Counted from the stretch's first letter, positions 11,346 through 21,288 are shown. The stretch is DNA of 64,000 nt from an uncultured cyanobacterium (GCA_937922745.1 CALAJO010000035.1:410-64409), one strand, 5' to 3'. Numbers and translations are program-made. The notes: generated by a model not told the origin, from the sequence alone.

Positions 11346-12490
11346 ACCGGGTTGGCTTTTGCTGGCTTGCCCAAGCTAAATTGGATTTGCCCTGAAACTT
11401 GCTTTGCCAGGATTTCAGAGAACAGAATCGCGCCCTTGGGAGTCAGGTGGCGAACATCGGCGAAAAGGCCGTCTACCTGCTCCGGGCGATAGTCATCCAG
11501 GTCGATAAGGGGAACGTGATAACGCTGGCTAATTTGTCGAAGGCCTTTGTAGTAATCCTTGCTGAGCTTGGACTTGTTGAAACGGGCTAAATACTCCGGG
11601 TGGTTCGGCCACCCAACCAGAACAACCGGAATATCCTGCTGTTTGCAATACACCAACATTGCTTCCAGCCGGTCAAAGTAAAGCTTATCCATGGAGGCGA
11701 AGTAGAAACCTTCCGCCAGGCGGGCGTTTTCCTTAACCCCCTCTGGCGTGGCCATCATGGGGCTTGCAGGCTTGGGATGCCAACCATGGGCTCTAAAGGC
11801 ACTGTTTTGGATAACCGGATCTTCCGGAGTGGCTTCGGTTGGGTTGTTATTAGCATGGGCGGCTCCAGAGAGTGACGCCGGTAAGGCTTTCTCAAACGTA
11901 CTGGTTAGTTTTTTCTGCACGCTAATAGGCGAAACCAGGAGCCGGAAGCGATAAACCGCACTAAACGAAGAGTAGAAAAGCTCCTTCTTCACGTTCATCG
12001 CAATTTCAGGGTTGGTAAAGATGAAGGGGATCAGCTGGGTGTCCATATCCAGAAGCGTCCGCATCTGCAATGCCGGCAGGTAATAATGCAGGCCGTTTTC
12101 TTCCATCAGGTTATCGGCGGCTTCCAGCATGACCATTTTAGGTTTACCGTAGTGCCGTATGTGATAATCCAACTGGGTCAACATCACATCGTAACGGCTG
12201 CCGGGGAGGCCCAGGTTAAACGATTGAACAGACTGGCCAGGCAGCGCGGACTCAAAGGCATGTGTGGCAAACCCATTATTGGTTTGGGAGGTTCCCAAAA
12301 AAAGAACGTCAAACTGCTTGGAGGGGCTTGCTTCAAGCAGTTCCAGCTTCTGCGGCAGCAGGTTGTCCGAACGCACATTGAGCTTGTCGCGCACTTTGGG
12401 CACCACTTGCACCCCGACGGTCAAAAACAGGTTAAAGGCCAGGAAGAAAACGAGGCCGAGGAGGATGGGTCTGAATAATCGGAATAGCAT
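11342..12490 (-). CDS. SGNH-like (DltD/AlgJ-like) periplasmic partner of an MBOAT acyltransferase
   Basis: N-terminal TM anchor; LFLGTS, FNLG, FADVRHL (GxS...DxxH); directly downstream of the MBOAT gene. Confidence 0.75.
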   Translation of the reverse strand: MLFRLFRPILLGLVFFLAFNLFLTVGVQVVPKVRDKLNVRSDNLLPQKLELLEASPSKQFDVLFLGTSQTNNGFATHAFESALPGQSVQSFNLGLPGSRYDVMLTQLDYHIRHYGKPKMVMLEAADNLMEENGLHYYLPALQMRTLLDMDTQLIPFIFTNPEIAMNVKKELFYSSFSAVYRFRLLVSPISVQKKLTSTFEKALPASLSGAAHANNNPTEATPEDPVIQNSAFRAHGWHPKPASPMMATPEGVKENARLAEGFYFASMDKLYFDRLEAMLVYCKQQDIPVVLVGWPNHPEYLARFNKSKLSKDYYKGLRQISQRYHVPLIDLDDYRPEQVDGLFADVRHLTPKGAILFSEILAKQVSGQIQFSLGKPAKANPV

Positions 12491-12500
12491 AACGTTGCAC

Positions 12501-13934
12501 CTAGAATTGGAAGTAAATGAACTGTTGGGTTTGCGGGCTCATCGTCAGCCCGAAATAGATGAGCGCAAAGTACCCGACGGCAATGGCGCAATCCTTCAGC
12601 AGTGGGCTGCTGATTTTATCCCGGTAGGTGCGGATGAGCCAATGCATCAGGAAGAACATAAGGATAATGAAGAGCGCGGATGTTAAATCGAGCGACTCCG
12701 TGCCGGACTCCACCGCGTTGACGATCTCATGGGCAACGGTGGCCATCTCCATCGGGTTGAGCATGGTGCCAATCATATGCAGGGCCTGCTCCAGTGTTTG
12801 TGCCCGGAAAAACACCCAACCGATGCAAACCAGGTGGAAGGTGAGCAGGACGGCAACCGGGCCGGGAATGAGGCGGTTGATTTTAAAATACATACAAAAC
12901 TTGTGCAGCGATAGCAGAAGGCCCTGGTAAAGCCCCCAGATGACAAAGTTCCAACTGGCGCCATGCCATAGGCCGCCTAAGCCCATTGTGATAAACAGGT
13001 TGAGATACGTGCGGAAGCGCGAGCATCGGGAGCCGCCCAGCGGGATATACAGGTAATCCCGGAGCCAGCGGGAAAGGGAGATGTGCCAACGTCGCCAGAA
13101 ATCCGTAATGTTTTTGGCGAAGTAGGGGGCATTAAAGTTTTCCGGCAAGGTATACCCCATTAGCAGCGCAGAACCTTGCGCCATCAACGTATATCCCAGG
13201 AAGTCGCAGAAAATTTGAATGGCAAAACCGTAAGTTGCCACCCAACTGCTGTTAAAGCCCTGCAAATCGGCATTACCGTAGATCATGTTGACGTAAACCG
13301 CAATCACATCCGCAACGAACAATTTGATAAAAAGCCCGGTGCAGAATTTGTGAATGCCTTTAACCACGTTTTCCCACTTGAAAGCAGGATTACTGTCGAA
13401 CTGGTGCAGTAATTCGCTGGCGCGAACAATCGGGCCGGCAATCAGGTGGGGGAAGAAAGCAACATACGTTGAAAACCGCACAAAGGTGTCTGGCTTCTCA
13501 GTCCCCCGATAAATATCGACCAGGTAACTGATCAGGATGAAATTGGTAAACGAAATCGCCAAGGGGAGAAAGGTATGGGTCTCAAAGTGGTAGGCCGGGA
13601 GGTTCATTGCGGTCAACATAGCTTCAATGCTTTGCGCGAAGAAGTTCGCGTACTTGAAGTAGGCCAGCAGCATCAGTTCCGTTGTGATCCCGAAGATCAG
13701 CAGGTGTTTTTTATACTTGGGCCATTTGACCATGGCGACGCTGAGAAAGTAAAAATATGCGCTATCCCCAAAAATAACGGGGGCGTAAATAAGACCGAAA
13801 GGCGGGCTCCAGCTCATATAAAACACATAGCTGGCAACCAGCAGCAATGGCACCCTAAAGCGGTGAGGGAGGTTCCAATACAGAAGAACCGTGATTAAAA
13901 GGAAAAACACATAAAGCCAACTGCTAAAAACCAT
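12501..13934 (-). CDS. MBOAT O-acyltransferase (AlgI/DltB family)
   Basis: FFPHLIAGPIVR, LPENFNAPY, FWRRWHISLSRWLRDYLYIPLGG, GLWHGASWNF, FIYFQF C-terminus. Confidence 0.96.
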   Translation of the reverse strand: MVFSSWLYVFFLLITVLLYWNLPHRFRVPLLLVASYVFYMSWSPPFGLIYAPVIFGDSAYFYFLSVAMVKWPKYKKHLLIFGITTELMLLAYFKYANFFAQSIEAMLTAMNLPAYHFETHTFLPLAISFTNFILISYLVDIYRGTEKPDTFVRFSTYVAFFPHLIAGPIVRASELLHQFDSNPAFKWENVVKGIHKFCTGLFIKLFVADVIAVYVNMIYGNADLQGFNSSWVATYGFAIQIFCDFLGYTLMAQGSALLMGYTLPENFNAPYFAKNITDFWRRWHISLSRWLRDYLYIPLGGSRCSRFRTYLNLFITMGLGGLWHGASWNFVIWGLYQGLLLSLHKFCMYFKINRLIPGPVAVLLTFHLVCIGWVFFRAQTLEQALHMIGTMLNPMEMATVAHEIVNAVESGTESLDLTSALFIILMFFLMHWLIRTYRDKISSPLLKDCAIAVGYFALIYFGLTMSPQTQQFIYFQF

Positions 13935-14252
13935 TGGTCGTCATACTTCCATCTTCGTTAGGGGTGAGGCTGGGTACACTATATCCGAAAAGAGGGCGGG
14001 GATCATCAGTTTACTAATGTAATAGTAAATGAGGTTCCAAAATCTACTTTTTTAAAACCCTGCCAACGGGTTGGATTGTCCCAATGTTTTGCATGGGGAG
14101 GATAGTTTTACAATTAATGCCTTCGTGGCATACTATAAGGGCTGTTGCACGGGTTCAGCCGCTTTACAAACGGTTGTAACAACTCGGTGTCTCTGTTTAA
14201 ACCATTCAGTTTTGTTATCAGCGCCAAAAATAGCGAAGGGAGAGTAACCAAC

Positions 14253-14462
14253 ATGGATCGATGCCCCGTATGTAGTGGCCGCCTTGTAATGAAGCCGGAA
14301 GGCAAGTTGTGCATGAAGTCCTCGTGCGAAGGCTCCAAACCCCGCGATCAGGAAGAAGGCGTGCTTTGTAAATGCGGCCAGCCGATGAATTACAAAGGCA
14401 TGGATTCCTGGGGACAGCCTAGCTATGCCTGTTCGGCTTGTGGGGCAACAACGAAACTATAA
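14253..14462 (+). CDS. Small double zinc-ribbon protein
   Basis: GGGAGAG RBS; 69 aa with CPVC...CMKSSC and CKC...CSAC. Confidence 0.75.
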   Translation: MDRCPVCSGRLVMKPEGKLCMKSSCEGSKPRDQEEGVLCKCGQPMNYKGMDSWGQPSYACSACGATTKL

Positions 14463-14475
14463 AACGGACTTGAAG

Positions 14476-16179
14476 TTAGGACGGCTGCATTTTTGCAGCA
14501 AAAGCAGGCGGCATGGGATAGAACGCCCTGTTAACGGGAACCGCCGGATTAAGCCAGGGCTGGCTTAATGGTTGCATTGGAATACGAAACACCGGCTGCG
14601 GAGTTGGCTTTGCCTCCGGTGGTGGTTGTTGGCGCTTTTTTCGTTTTACTTGCCACTCGGTCCACTTAATGGCCAGGTAGGGTTCGGCGATGCCTGTGAG
14701 GAAGAGCGATAAGGCCAGGCTTCCCGCGCTGATGAGGATAAATTTGCCAAGGGTGCCCGCATAAGTGGAAAGCGGTTTGGGCAGCAGTTTCTCAATTTCA
14801 ATACGGCGCTTCAGGATGCTGCCGCCATTGCCGCTGGGCTTCATCATATTTTTATCTACCAAGCCGGCAATAAAGCGTTTGGCCAACGGGGTCATCAGGA
14901 TCCACAGGCCCCAGCCCAGGAAGGAGTCCACCATGCGCTCGCGATACTCAATCTCGCTGCGGGCCGCAGTAAGCCGGGAGAAGATGAGAAACGCAAAACA
15001 CGACGCCATCTGTTGCGGCGTCGTGAATGGTAGGCCTTTTCCAAACTGCATCATAGAGCCCAGGCGTTTGAGGAAGTTTTTGGAGAAAGGATTGTTCAAC
15101 GCGTTGCGCCAATCCCCAAGCGAGAGCTTCACCGCATCGAATATGCCGAATGCAAACGGCAAGGGAATCAGCGCGCCCAGCAGGGGGCCGATCTTCCCTT
15201 CCTTCAACGATTGCGTGAGATAAGGGAAAAATTTCTCGGCGGCGTTTTTAGGCTTGGTTTCCGCTTCCTGCTTTTCCCTTAATCCCATTTCGCCGGGATA
15301 CATGGTTGTCCCATCCAATTTTCGGGTAATAAAGGTGTTGATATAGGGGACGGCCAGTGTCGCCGCCATGGCAAACCCTAAGCCAATCGGCAGACGCCAT
15401 TTGTTGACCTTCAAGGTTTCCGTAATGCTGTTGATGGCGCGTGTATTCCAGTTGCCGGCCTTGCCGGAACGCTTGCGCATAAACTGCACAAACCTGGTGG
15501 TATCGTCCAGCAGGTCATCCAATTGCACCGTGTGTTTCAACTGCTTGAACGAAACCACTTTGTCCAGTGTTTGCCGGTTGGGATTCAATAGTTTGGCAAT
15601 CTGTACGGCGGCATCCCCATTGCTCAGAGCGTTTTTGGCCTTCGGCGCCTGGTTCGCCAATCGGGTCATAATCTGGGCGATGGCCGGGCTGTGCTTCCTG
15701 GAAACGGTGTTGCTCAGGTTATTGATAAATGCGGCTTCATCCGGGCTTTGTTTCGCAACGGCCTTAAAAAATTCCATGGTTTCGTTACTGGTAAAGTGGT
15801 TGGCAAAGTTGGGCTTGCGGAACCGACTGAGTAGCGACGCCAGGCCGAAGGCCACTAATCCGCCGGACACATTATCCGTGAGGATCGACATCACTTCCCG
15901 AAATAAGCGCTCGCGGGCGGCGGACCAGTTGAGTTGTTTCTCCTGCACGCGGTCTTCCGGCTTGATGAAATATTGCCGGAACAGATCCATGCCAGTTCGT
16001 AGCAGCCCAAAGCCGCCCAAGTCCTCCAGAAACATCTCGCGCACCCTGTCCGCCTGGATCCATGATAATTTGCTGTCGATAGCGCCAATAGCAGCGGGTG
16101 ACATAAAGCCTTTGAACCGGGCAGCCTGCTGCACCGGCCTGTTGGGGATATTTTGTTGTACCGGGTTGAGGGTCGTCAT
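14476..16179 (-). CDS. Orphan multi-pass membrane protein with RFKG leader, downstream of a His-type attenuator
   Basis: 567 aa ORF with several hydrophobic segments, a Q/N/P-rich leader ending AARFKG and a Pro-rich tail; no family recognised. Confidence 0.85.
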   Translation of the reverse strand: MTTLNPVQQNIPNRPVQQAARFKGFMSPAAIGAIDSKLSWIQADRVREMFLEDLGGFGLLRTGMDLFRQYFIKPEDRVQEKQLNWSAARERLFREVMSILTDNVSGGLVAFGLASLLSRFRKPNFANHFTSNETMEFFKAVAKQSPDEAAFINNLSNTVSRKHSPAIAQIMTRLANQAPKAKNALSNGDAAVQIAKLLNPNRQTLDKVVSFKQLKHTVQLDDLLDDTTRFVQFMRKRSGKAGNWNTRAINSITETLKVNKWRLPIGLGFAMAATLAVPYINTFITRKLDGTTMYPGEMGLREKQEAETKPKNAAEKFFPYLTQSLKEGKIGPLLGALIPLPFAFGIFDAVKLSLGDWRNALNNPFSKNFLKRLGSMMQFGKGLPFTTPQQMASCFAFLIFSRLTAARSEIEYRERMVDSFLGWGLWILMTPLAKRFIAGLVDKNMMKPSGNGGSILKRRIEIEKLLPKPLSTYAGTLGKFILISAGSLALSLFLTGIAEPYLAIKWTEWQVKRKKRQQPPPEAKPTPQPVFRIPMQPLSQPWLNPAVPVNRAFYPMPPAFAAKMQPS

Positions 16180-16191
16180 TTTTCTCGCATC

Positions 16192-16330
16192 CTGTAAATT
16201 TACCCAATCAGAAAAGCCACCGTTTGATTCGGGAGAATGACGGTGGCTTCTGATTGGTCTTTACAGATTTTTTTAAAAAAGCAGCAACGGGCCCGTCATC
16301 TCCAACAAATGGTTGTGGTGATGATGGTGC
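16192..16330 (-). promoter_or_regulatory. Attenuator: protector, antiterminator and terminator hairpins
   Basis: Minus strand: terminator AAGCCACCGT(16249-40)/ACGGTGGCTT(16223-14) then TTCTGATT. GGAGATGACGG(16303-16293) can alternatively pair with CCGTCATTCTCC(16243-32). The His-codon segment CATCACCACAA can pair with TTGTTGGAGATG. Confidence 0.8.
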
Positions 16331-16362
16331 AGATGATTCAGGTTGTTGCGTCTGTTTTTCAT
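16273..16362 (-). CDS. Histidine-rich leader peptide MKNRRNNLNHLHHHHHNHLLEMTGPLLLF
   Basis: Hand-translated 29 aa ORF below the track cutoff; 7 His in 9 codons; no SD; ATG 6 nt after a promoter-like element (leaderless). Confidence 0.8.
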   Translation of the reverse strand: MKNRRNNLNHLHHHHHNHLLEMTGPLLLF

Positions 16363-16368
16363 ACTGTT

Positions 16369-16395
16369 ATTAAACCGGCTCAAACAAAAAGTTGC
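16369..16395 (-). promoter_or_regulatory. Copy of the recurring promoter-like motif (GCAACTT-N13-GTTTAAT)
   Basis: Same bipartite motif and spacing as upstream of about 10 other orphan genes in the window. Confidence 0.6.
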
Positions 16396-16634
16396 TACTT
16401 CAAGGCAACATTTCTTCATATATTAAAACCCAAACACCAGTACTTGAAGGACGGTCATTGCTTGAGGGCAACCCATTTCCTTCTGTGCATATTGGAATAC
16501 GAGCCATATATTTTCAATTACGAATACCGAATAGGTATATTATCCTTTTGAGCAATGATCTCTGCGGGGGCTCCAAGTAGAATGCTCTCAAATTCTCGTT
16601 GTCGTGATTCTCTACAAATGGATAGGAGCAACCA

Positions 16635-16814
16635 ATGTCAAAATGGGATGTTAAGGAATTGGCCGTGGAGGATAAACGGTCGAGCCTGAAGAAGCAAAAG
16701 ACGACAAAAAAACTGCACCGTGAAAGACAGAATTTAAGGTTGATTTCCCAGGCGTATGGGCAGCCCTTGGGCCCGCTGATAGAAGATACCCAGCTGGAGG
16801 AGCTGCTGATTTAA
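16635..16814 (+). CDS. Small hypothetical protein, 59 aa (MSKWDVKELAVEDKRSSLKKQK...LEELLI)
   Basis: AGGAG RBS, open frame, followed by a terminator; missed by the ORF track. Confidence 0.7.
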   Translation: MSKWDVKELAVEDKRSSLKKQKTTKKLHRERQNLRLISQAYGQPLGPLIEDTQLEELLI

Positions 16815-16861
16815 AATATCGGATTTATTTCACAAATCACACTCTCAATCGTACATCAGCT

Positions 16862-16896
16862 AAAAGAGGCTTACCTGCGTAAGCCTCTTTTCTTTT
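16862..16896. terminator. Bidirectional intrinsic terminator
   Basis: aaaagaggcttac-ctgc-gtaagcctcttttctttt between convergent genes. Confidence 0.85.
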
Positions 16897-16914
16897 AATT
16901 GTTGTGGTGTGGCT

Positions 16915-17460
16915 TTATAATCTCGTCCAAGCGCGAACATACGGCGGATCCCAGCCGCTGGTGCCATCAAAGGCGTCACGTGTCGCAATCCGTCTTGTCC
17001 GGTAATCCAGCCGAAGGTCAACGCCTGGCAAGTCATAAGGAGCGGGATTGGCAGCATCCGGGTCGTAATGAAACGTTGCGATGGAAGAAGCCATATTCCA
17101 ACCGCCAATCCGGATGACGCCACCATCCGGCAAGCGGTAACAGGGATTGGCATTGCTACACGGAAGACTGTTACTGCTGACCAATTTACCACTGGTTACT
17201 TTGGCAGTGTATCTCATCTCATTCGCAATTTGCTCAGGAACGGTTGAAGTGGATAAATCGGTGGATTTGCGATCCCGCTTTTCCGTTGCAACCAAAAGCT
17301 CTGCGGTTACATTTTTACATTTAAACAGGGCGTTATTACTGGCAGTGCTATAAATTACTCCCGGAATGGTCAGGACCGCGAGGACGCCGAGAAGTGAAAG
17401 GGCAAAAAGCACTTCCACCAAACTGAAACCTTGGGACGATGATCGGGGGCAAGCGGACAT
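16915..17460 (-). CDS. Type IV pilin/pseudopilin-like protein
   Basis: Prepilin cleavage motif QG|FSLVE followed by a hydrophobic helix; Cys pair in the head domain. Confidence 0.9.
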   Translation of the reverse strand: MSACPRSSSQGFSLVEVLFALSLLGVLAVLTIPGVIYSTASNNALFKCKNVTAELLVATEKRDRKSTDLSTSTVPEQIANEMRYTAKVTSGKLVSSNSLPCSNANPCYRLPDGGVIRIGGWNMASSIATFHYDPDAANPAPYDLPGVDLRLDYRTRRIATRDAFDGTSGWDPPYVRAWTRL

Positions 17461-17704
17461 ATCGACACTCCTTGACGCGTGCTATGGTTTCGGCCAAAGC
17501 CGTGAAAACTTAAAGTTTCGCTGGCTTTCGTTCGCCCTCGTGGATTTATCGATGGGTCAGTCAGTGCTGCAATATTCGGGATGGAATCCTCCAATAGCCC
17601 CGTCGCACAAAGCTAAAGAAATTCTTAAATCACTTGTTATAGCCGTAACATTCAGTTAACATCCGTCATCGGTTCAAAAAAAAGCGCTTTTATATATATA
17701 CAAA

Positions 17705-17772
17705 ACATCACTTTCTTCTCCTAACTCTCAATTCCTATCAACTCTCTACCACGATGTAGAGGGTTTTTTTTT
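17705..17772 (+). ncRNA. Candidate CU-rich small RNA
   Basis: Nearly G-free C/U-rich stretch followed by stem actctctac/gtagagggt and a T-run, oriented against both flanking genes. Confidence 0.4.
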
Positions 17773-17852
17773 GCTATATCTTACTTTTCCATTTAAAAAA
17801 CCTTGGACGTAACGTCGACAGAGAGGTTTAGGTCAGACAACGATAATGCCAG

Positions 17853-20225
17853 CTAAGATTGTTCAGGCGTTTCCTGTTCCGGTTTGGGCTCGTCTTTTGC
17901 GTCGTTCTCTTTGTCTTTCTTTGGCTTGTACTTGGGCGCAACCACTTCCGGCGGAGGAAAGTGCCTGTCCGGTTCGTAACCAGGCTGAAACAGGTTAAGC
18001 GTATTAAAGTCCATTACTATCTGCGAGGATTCCGGGTTAATCATAATACCGAAGAATGTCCGCTTTTGAATTAAATCAAACGCCAGGGAGAATTTAACGT
18101 TCTTGGAGCCGGTGGACAGGAAAACCCGGTTGTCTACCAACAGGTCATTCCGCGCGTTATCCCGGTTGAGGTTAAACCCGAGGAACGTTCCCAGCGTCAA
18201 GTACTTGCCCAGGTCAATGGAGTTGACGGTTTGAACGTAATTCCGGCCGCGGAAATAGGTATCGAAGACGAAGGGGCTCTCCCCAAACACAGTCCCGTAC
18301 AAGTAACGCGTTTGTGAATAAAACGGTCCTGCCAGCAAGGTTAAGTAGGGCCCTCCCTGGGCGATGCCGTAGAAATCGCCGGTGCCGTAGCCGGAAAGCC
18401 GGGTTTGGGCAATGGCCCCAACCGCCCCGAAATTCCCCAGGTAAAACAGGGGCTGGGGCGTAATGGCCTGCGCCTGGAATTGCACGCGTGCGGTTGTAAC
18501 CGGGGTTAAAACGTTAGGAGCAACAAAATACCGGCTTTCCCGCGTGGGGAAAAACTCATCCCGTGCAATCCCTGCCGTGGTGTAGGTTCTCACCAGCAAT
18601 TTATCGTTAAACCGCTTGCTATCCAAATGGACATACTCGGCAATAATGTTGGGACGCTCGATGTTAAAAAAGCCGTTGTTGTAAAACTGGTTGTACCCTA
18701 ACCGGATGCGGTTCTCACTTTGCCCGTTAATCCGATGCTCCATCAGGAAGATAGGCTCACGGACGGTCGAATTATAGCCAAACTCGGTCCGGTTATTCGC
18801 GGAGCGATAATTGGCGATTAAACCCATGCCGGGTTTGGGCGTAATATCCGGGTTTAGCCGAGAGCTTGAAACCCGGAGCCTTCTTCCACCACCATATGAG
18901 ACAATGGGGGAAAGTTTCAGCCAGCCGTTATGAACCCTGAAATCAAAGCCAGGGCCTGCGTATACACCGCCGTAATCCAGGTTATACCCGATACGTGGCC
19001 CCAGATAACTCATAAACCCGTCGGTTTCACTATAACCAAAGTCCAATCGAGGGGCGTAAAAAACAGGAACATCGTTATAGCGGAAGGTGGTGCCCTCCAG
19101 CTTGATTTCATCAAACCCGTCCAAGGCGCGGTAAATGTTTATTTCGTTGGAGTGCGTGTGATAAAGGTCATTGTCCGGATCAAAGTCAATTGCAGCAACA
19201 TCCTTGGGGCTAATGGGCTTGTCCACAATTTGCGCTTCAGGGCTTGTCAGCTCCTCATCCTCAAACATGTTGTAGCCCATGGCGTCCAGTAGGGTAGGGT
19301 CGATAAAAGCCAGGCGGCCGATTGCCCCGGTGGTAAAACGTCGCTGGAAGTTTGCGGAATAGGTTGCATAAACCGCGCCGTTTCCAAGCCGCACGCCCCG
19401 GCGCTGGAACCGCCGGCTGTATCGTTTCAAGGCGTTTTCATCCACCAGTAAGCGCCCATCTTCCAGGATCATATATTGATCCGTGCGCACGCCGTATTCG
19501 GACTGGATTTTAAAGTTTTCCGACATAGTGCGCGGCTTGGTAAAGTAGGAGATTTCCTTGTTAAAGTCGTAGCGGGCTTTTTTGCTGCCAATGACATTGC
19601 CGTCCCGGATGATGAAGACGTTCCCGGTGGCAACCATATCATCGGCCTTTTCGTTAAACACGACCTTGTCGGCAAGCAGCTCGGTATTCTTCTCGGGGAT
19701 AATAATGTAGACTTCGCCCGTGGCCGTATAGATACCGCTTCCCGGATCATAGCTCAGGGACTCGCTGTTGATATGGATATTCACGGTTTCACCGGAATCC
19801 GGGTCGGTAGACTGCACCTGCAACTTTCCTGCGGGCTCGGGCGCCGTGGTTTCAGTCAACGTTTCCGAAGAAGTCATCGCCGGGGTCGAAGGCGTTTCCA
19901 CCTGCGAAGATGGTGCAGAAGCATCCGCAGGCGGCGTTTGATACTGGACTGCGTTTTGGGAGGCTTCCGGCGGCTCAACCGCTTGCGCAACAAACTCGGT
20001 TGGCGTTGGGGGTAGCGGCGCTGCATTCGATATTTTTTGAGAAGGCGCTTTGGGTAAGGGGGCCGGTGAGGCGAAGGCAATTGTTTCAGTCGCTAGGGGC
20101 ATCGCGGGAAGGGGAGGGCCGGCGTTTTCAGCATAAACCCCTGTCCCGGCCTGCAAGGAAGCAATCAGGATCGTCAAACAAAAAGCAGGCGGGATACTGC
20201 GAGCGGGGAACAGGGAAAATTTCAT
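17853..20225 (-). CDS. LptD/OstA-like outer-membrane LPS-assembly protein
   Basis: Signal peptide, Pro-rich linker, OstA-like repeats (ADKVVFN...ATGNVFI), C-terminal aromatic beta-strand region. Confidence 0.7.
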   Translation of the reverse strand: MKFSLFPARSIPPAFCLTILIASLQAGTGVYAENAGPPLPAMPLATETIAFASPAPLPKAPSQKISNAAPLPPTPTEFVAQAVEPPEASQNAVQYQTPPADASAPSSQVETPSTPAMTSSETLTETTAPEPAGKLQVQSTDPDSGETVNIHINSESLSYDPGSGIYTATGEVYIIIPEKNTELLADKVVFNEKADDMVATGNVFIIRDGNVIGSKKARYDFNKEISYFTKPRTMSENFKIQSEYGVRTDQYMILEDGRLLVDENALKRYSRRFQRRGVRLGNGAVYATYSANFQRRFTTGAIGRLAFIDPTLLDAMGYNMFEDEELTSPEAQIVDKPISPKDVAAIDFDPDNDLYHTHSNEINIYRALDGFDEIKLEGTTFRYNDVPVFYAPRLDFGYSETDGFMSYLGPRIGYNLDYGGVYAGPGFDFRVHNGWLKLSPIVSYGGGRRLRVSSSRLNPDITPKPGMGLIANYRSANNRTEFGYNSTVREPIFLMEHRINGQSENRIRLGYNQFYNNGFFNIERPNIIAEYVHLDSKRFNDKLLVRTYTTAGIARDEFFPTRESRYFVAPNVLTPVTTARVQFQAQAITPQPLFYLGNFGAVGAIAQTRLSGYGTGDFYGIAQGGPYLTLLAGPFYSQTRYLYGTVFGESPFVFDTYFRGRNYVQTVNSIDLGKYLTLGTFLGFNLNRDNARNDLLVDNRVFLSTGSKNVKFSLAFDLIQKRTFFGIMINPESSQIVMDFNTLNLFQPGYEPDRHFPPPEVVAPKYKPKKDKENDAKDEPKPEQETPEQS

Positions 20226-20478
20226 TCAGCCTCTTCTTCTACCTGTAGGCGTTTTCACCAGGGGAACGATATACCAAGCTAGGGATATTTTACCAAGAGC
20301 TTCCGAATCAAGCCAGAGAATTTAAAGATAACGTTGGAAACAAACTTTACGGATTAAAGTATTCGCACTGTTTTCAAATTCTATCCAGGTACTCTGTCCT
20401 GTAAGGCTCATAGGATTTTATAGGCAATTGTCATACAATAAACCCATCTGCTTTTTGTTGTTGGGAAAAGAGAGGCCC

Positions 20479-21288
20479 ATGACCGAAACACAGGTGCAAT
20501 CAGGCACGGCATCGCTTTTTAGCTTAAAAGACAAGGTGGCCTTGATTTCTGGCGCAACCGGCAAGCTGGGTACGCAAATGAGTATTGCCCTGGCGGAAAT
20601 GGGCGCCCGTGTTGTCGCGGTTGCCCGCAACCCGGAACCATTGACGCACCTGCAGCTGGAGATTAACCGCAAGACTGACGGGGAGTGTATGGCAATGCAT
20701 GCCGATATGCAGGATGCGCAATCCATCCAGGCAATTGTTGATCAGGCGATCAGTCATTTTGGCCGGTTGGATATCCTGGTGAATAATGTTACCGGCAATA
20801 CGGCCAAACGGGTGGAGCAACTCACCCAGGGCGAATGGTCCGCAACGCTGGATCAGATTGTGACGGGGATGTTCCTGTGTTGCCAGGCTGCGGGCCAGCA
20901 CATGGTGAAACAGGGCAATGGCAGCATCATCAATATTGCATCCATTTATGGGCTTGTCGCGCCGGATCAGAACATTTATGGGGACTCCGGCTTTAACAGT
21001 TCCGTGGTGTATGGCACCGGTAAGGCCGCCGTCCTACAGATGACAAAGTACCTTGCATCCTACTGGGGGCACCAGGGTATTCGTGTCAATGCGATTACCC
21101 CCGGCGGGGTGTTGGATGAATCGAACAACCATCCGGTGTTTCGGGAGAACTACCATCGCCGTACCCCCCTGGGGCGGATGATGAACCGGGAGGAAATACG
21201 GGGCCCGTTAGTTTTCCTGGCTTCCGACGCATCAAGCTACGTAACCGGGCATAACCTGGTGGTGGATGGAGGTTTTACCATCATCTGA
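20479..21288 (+). CDS. SDR-family oxidoreductase
   Basis: SGATGKLG, GRLDILVNN, NIASIYG, YGTGK (YxxxK), IRVNAITPGG, VTGHNLVVDGG. Confidence 0.95.
   Translation: MTETQVQSGTASLFSLKDKVALISGATGKLGTQMSIALAEMGARVVAVARNPEPLTHLQLEINRKTDGECMAMHADMQDAQSIQAIVDQAISHFGRLDILVNNVTGNTAKRVEQLTQGEWSATLDQIVTGMFLCCQAAGQHMVKQGNGSIINIASIYGLVAPDQNIYGDSGFNSSVVYGTGKAAVLQMTKYLASYWGHQGIRVNAITPGGVLDESNNHPVFRENYHRRTPLGRMMNREEIRGPLVFLASDASSYVTGHNLVVDGGFTII

Noticed and set aside
15368-16240. Long antisense ORFs (also 7603-8403, 3845-4597, 51612-52349 and others)
   Set aside because: They shadow well-supported genes on the other strand and show no RBS or recognisable motifs.
16237-16551. 104-aa + strand ORF with MVVVMMVQM
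   Set aside because: The V/M run is the reverse complement of the His codons of the leader peptide; the minus-strand reading explains the RNA structures.
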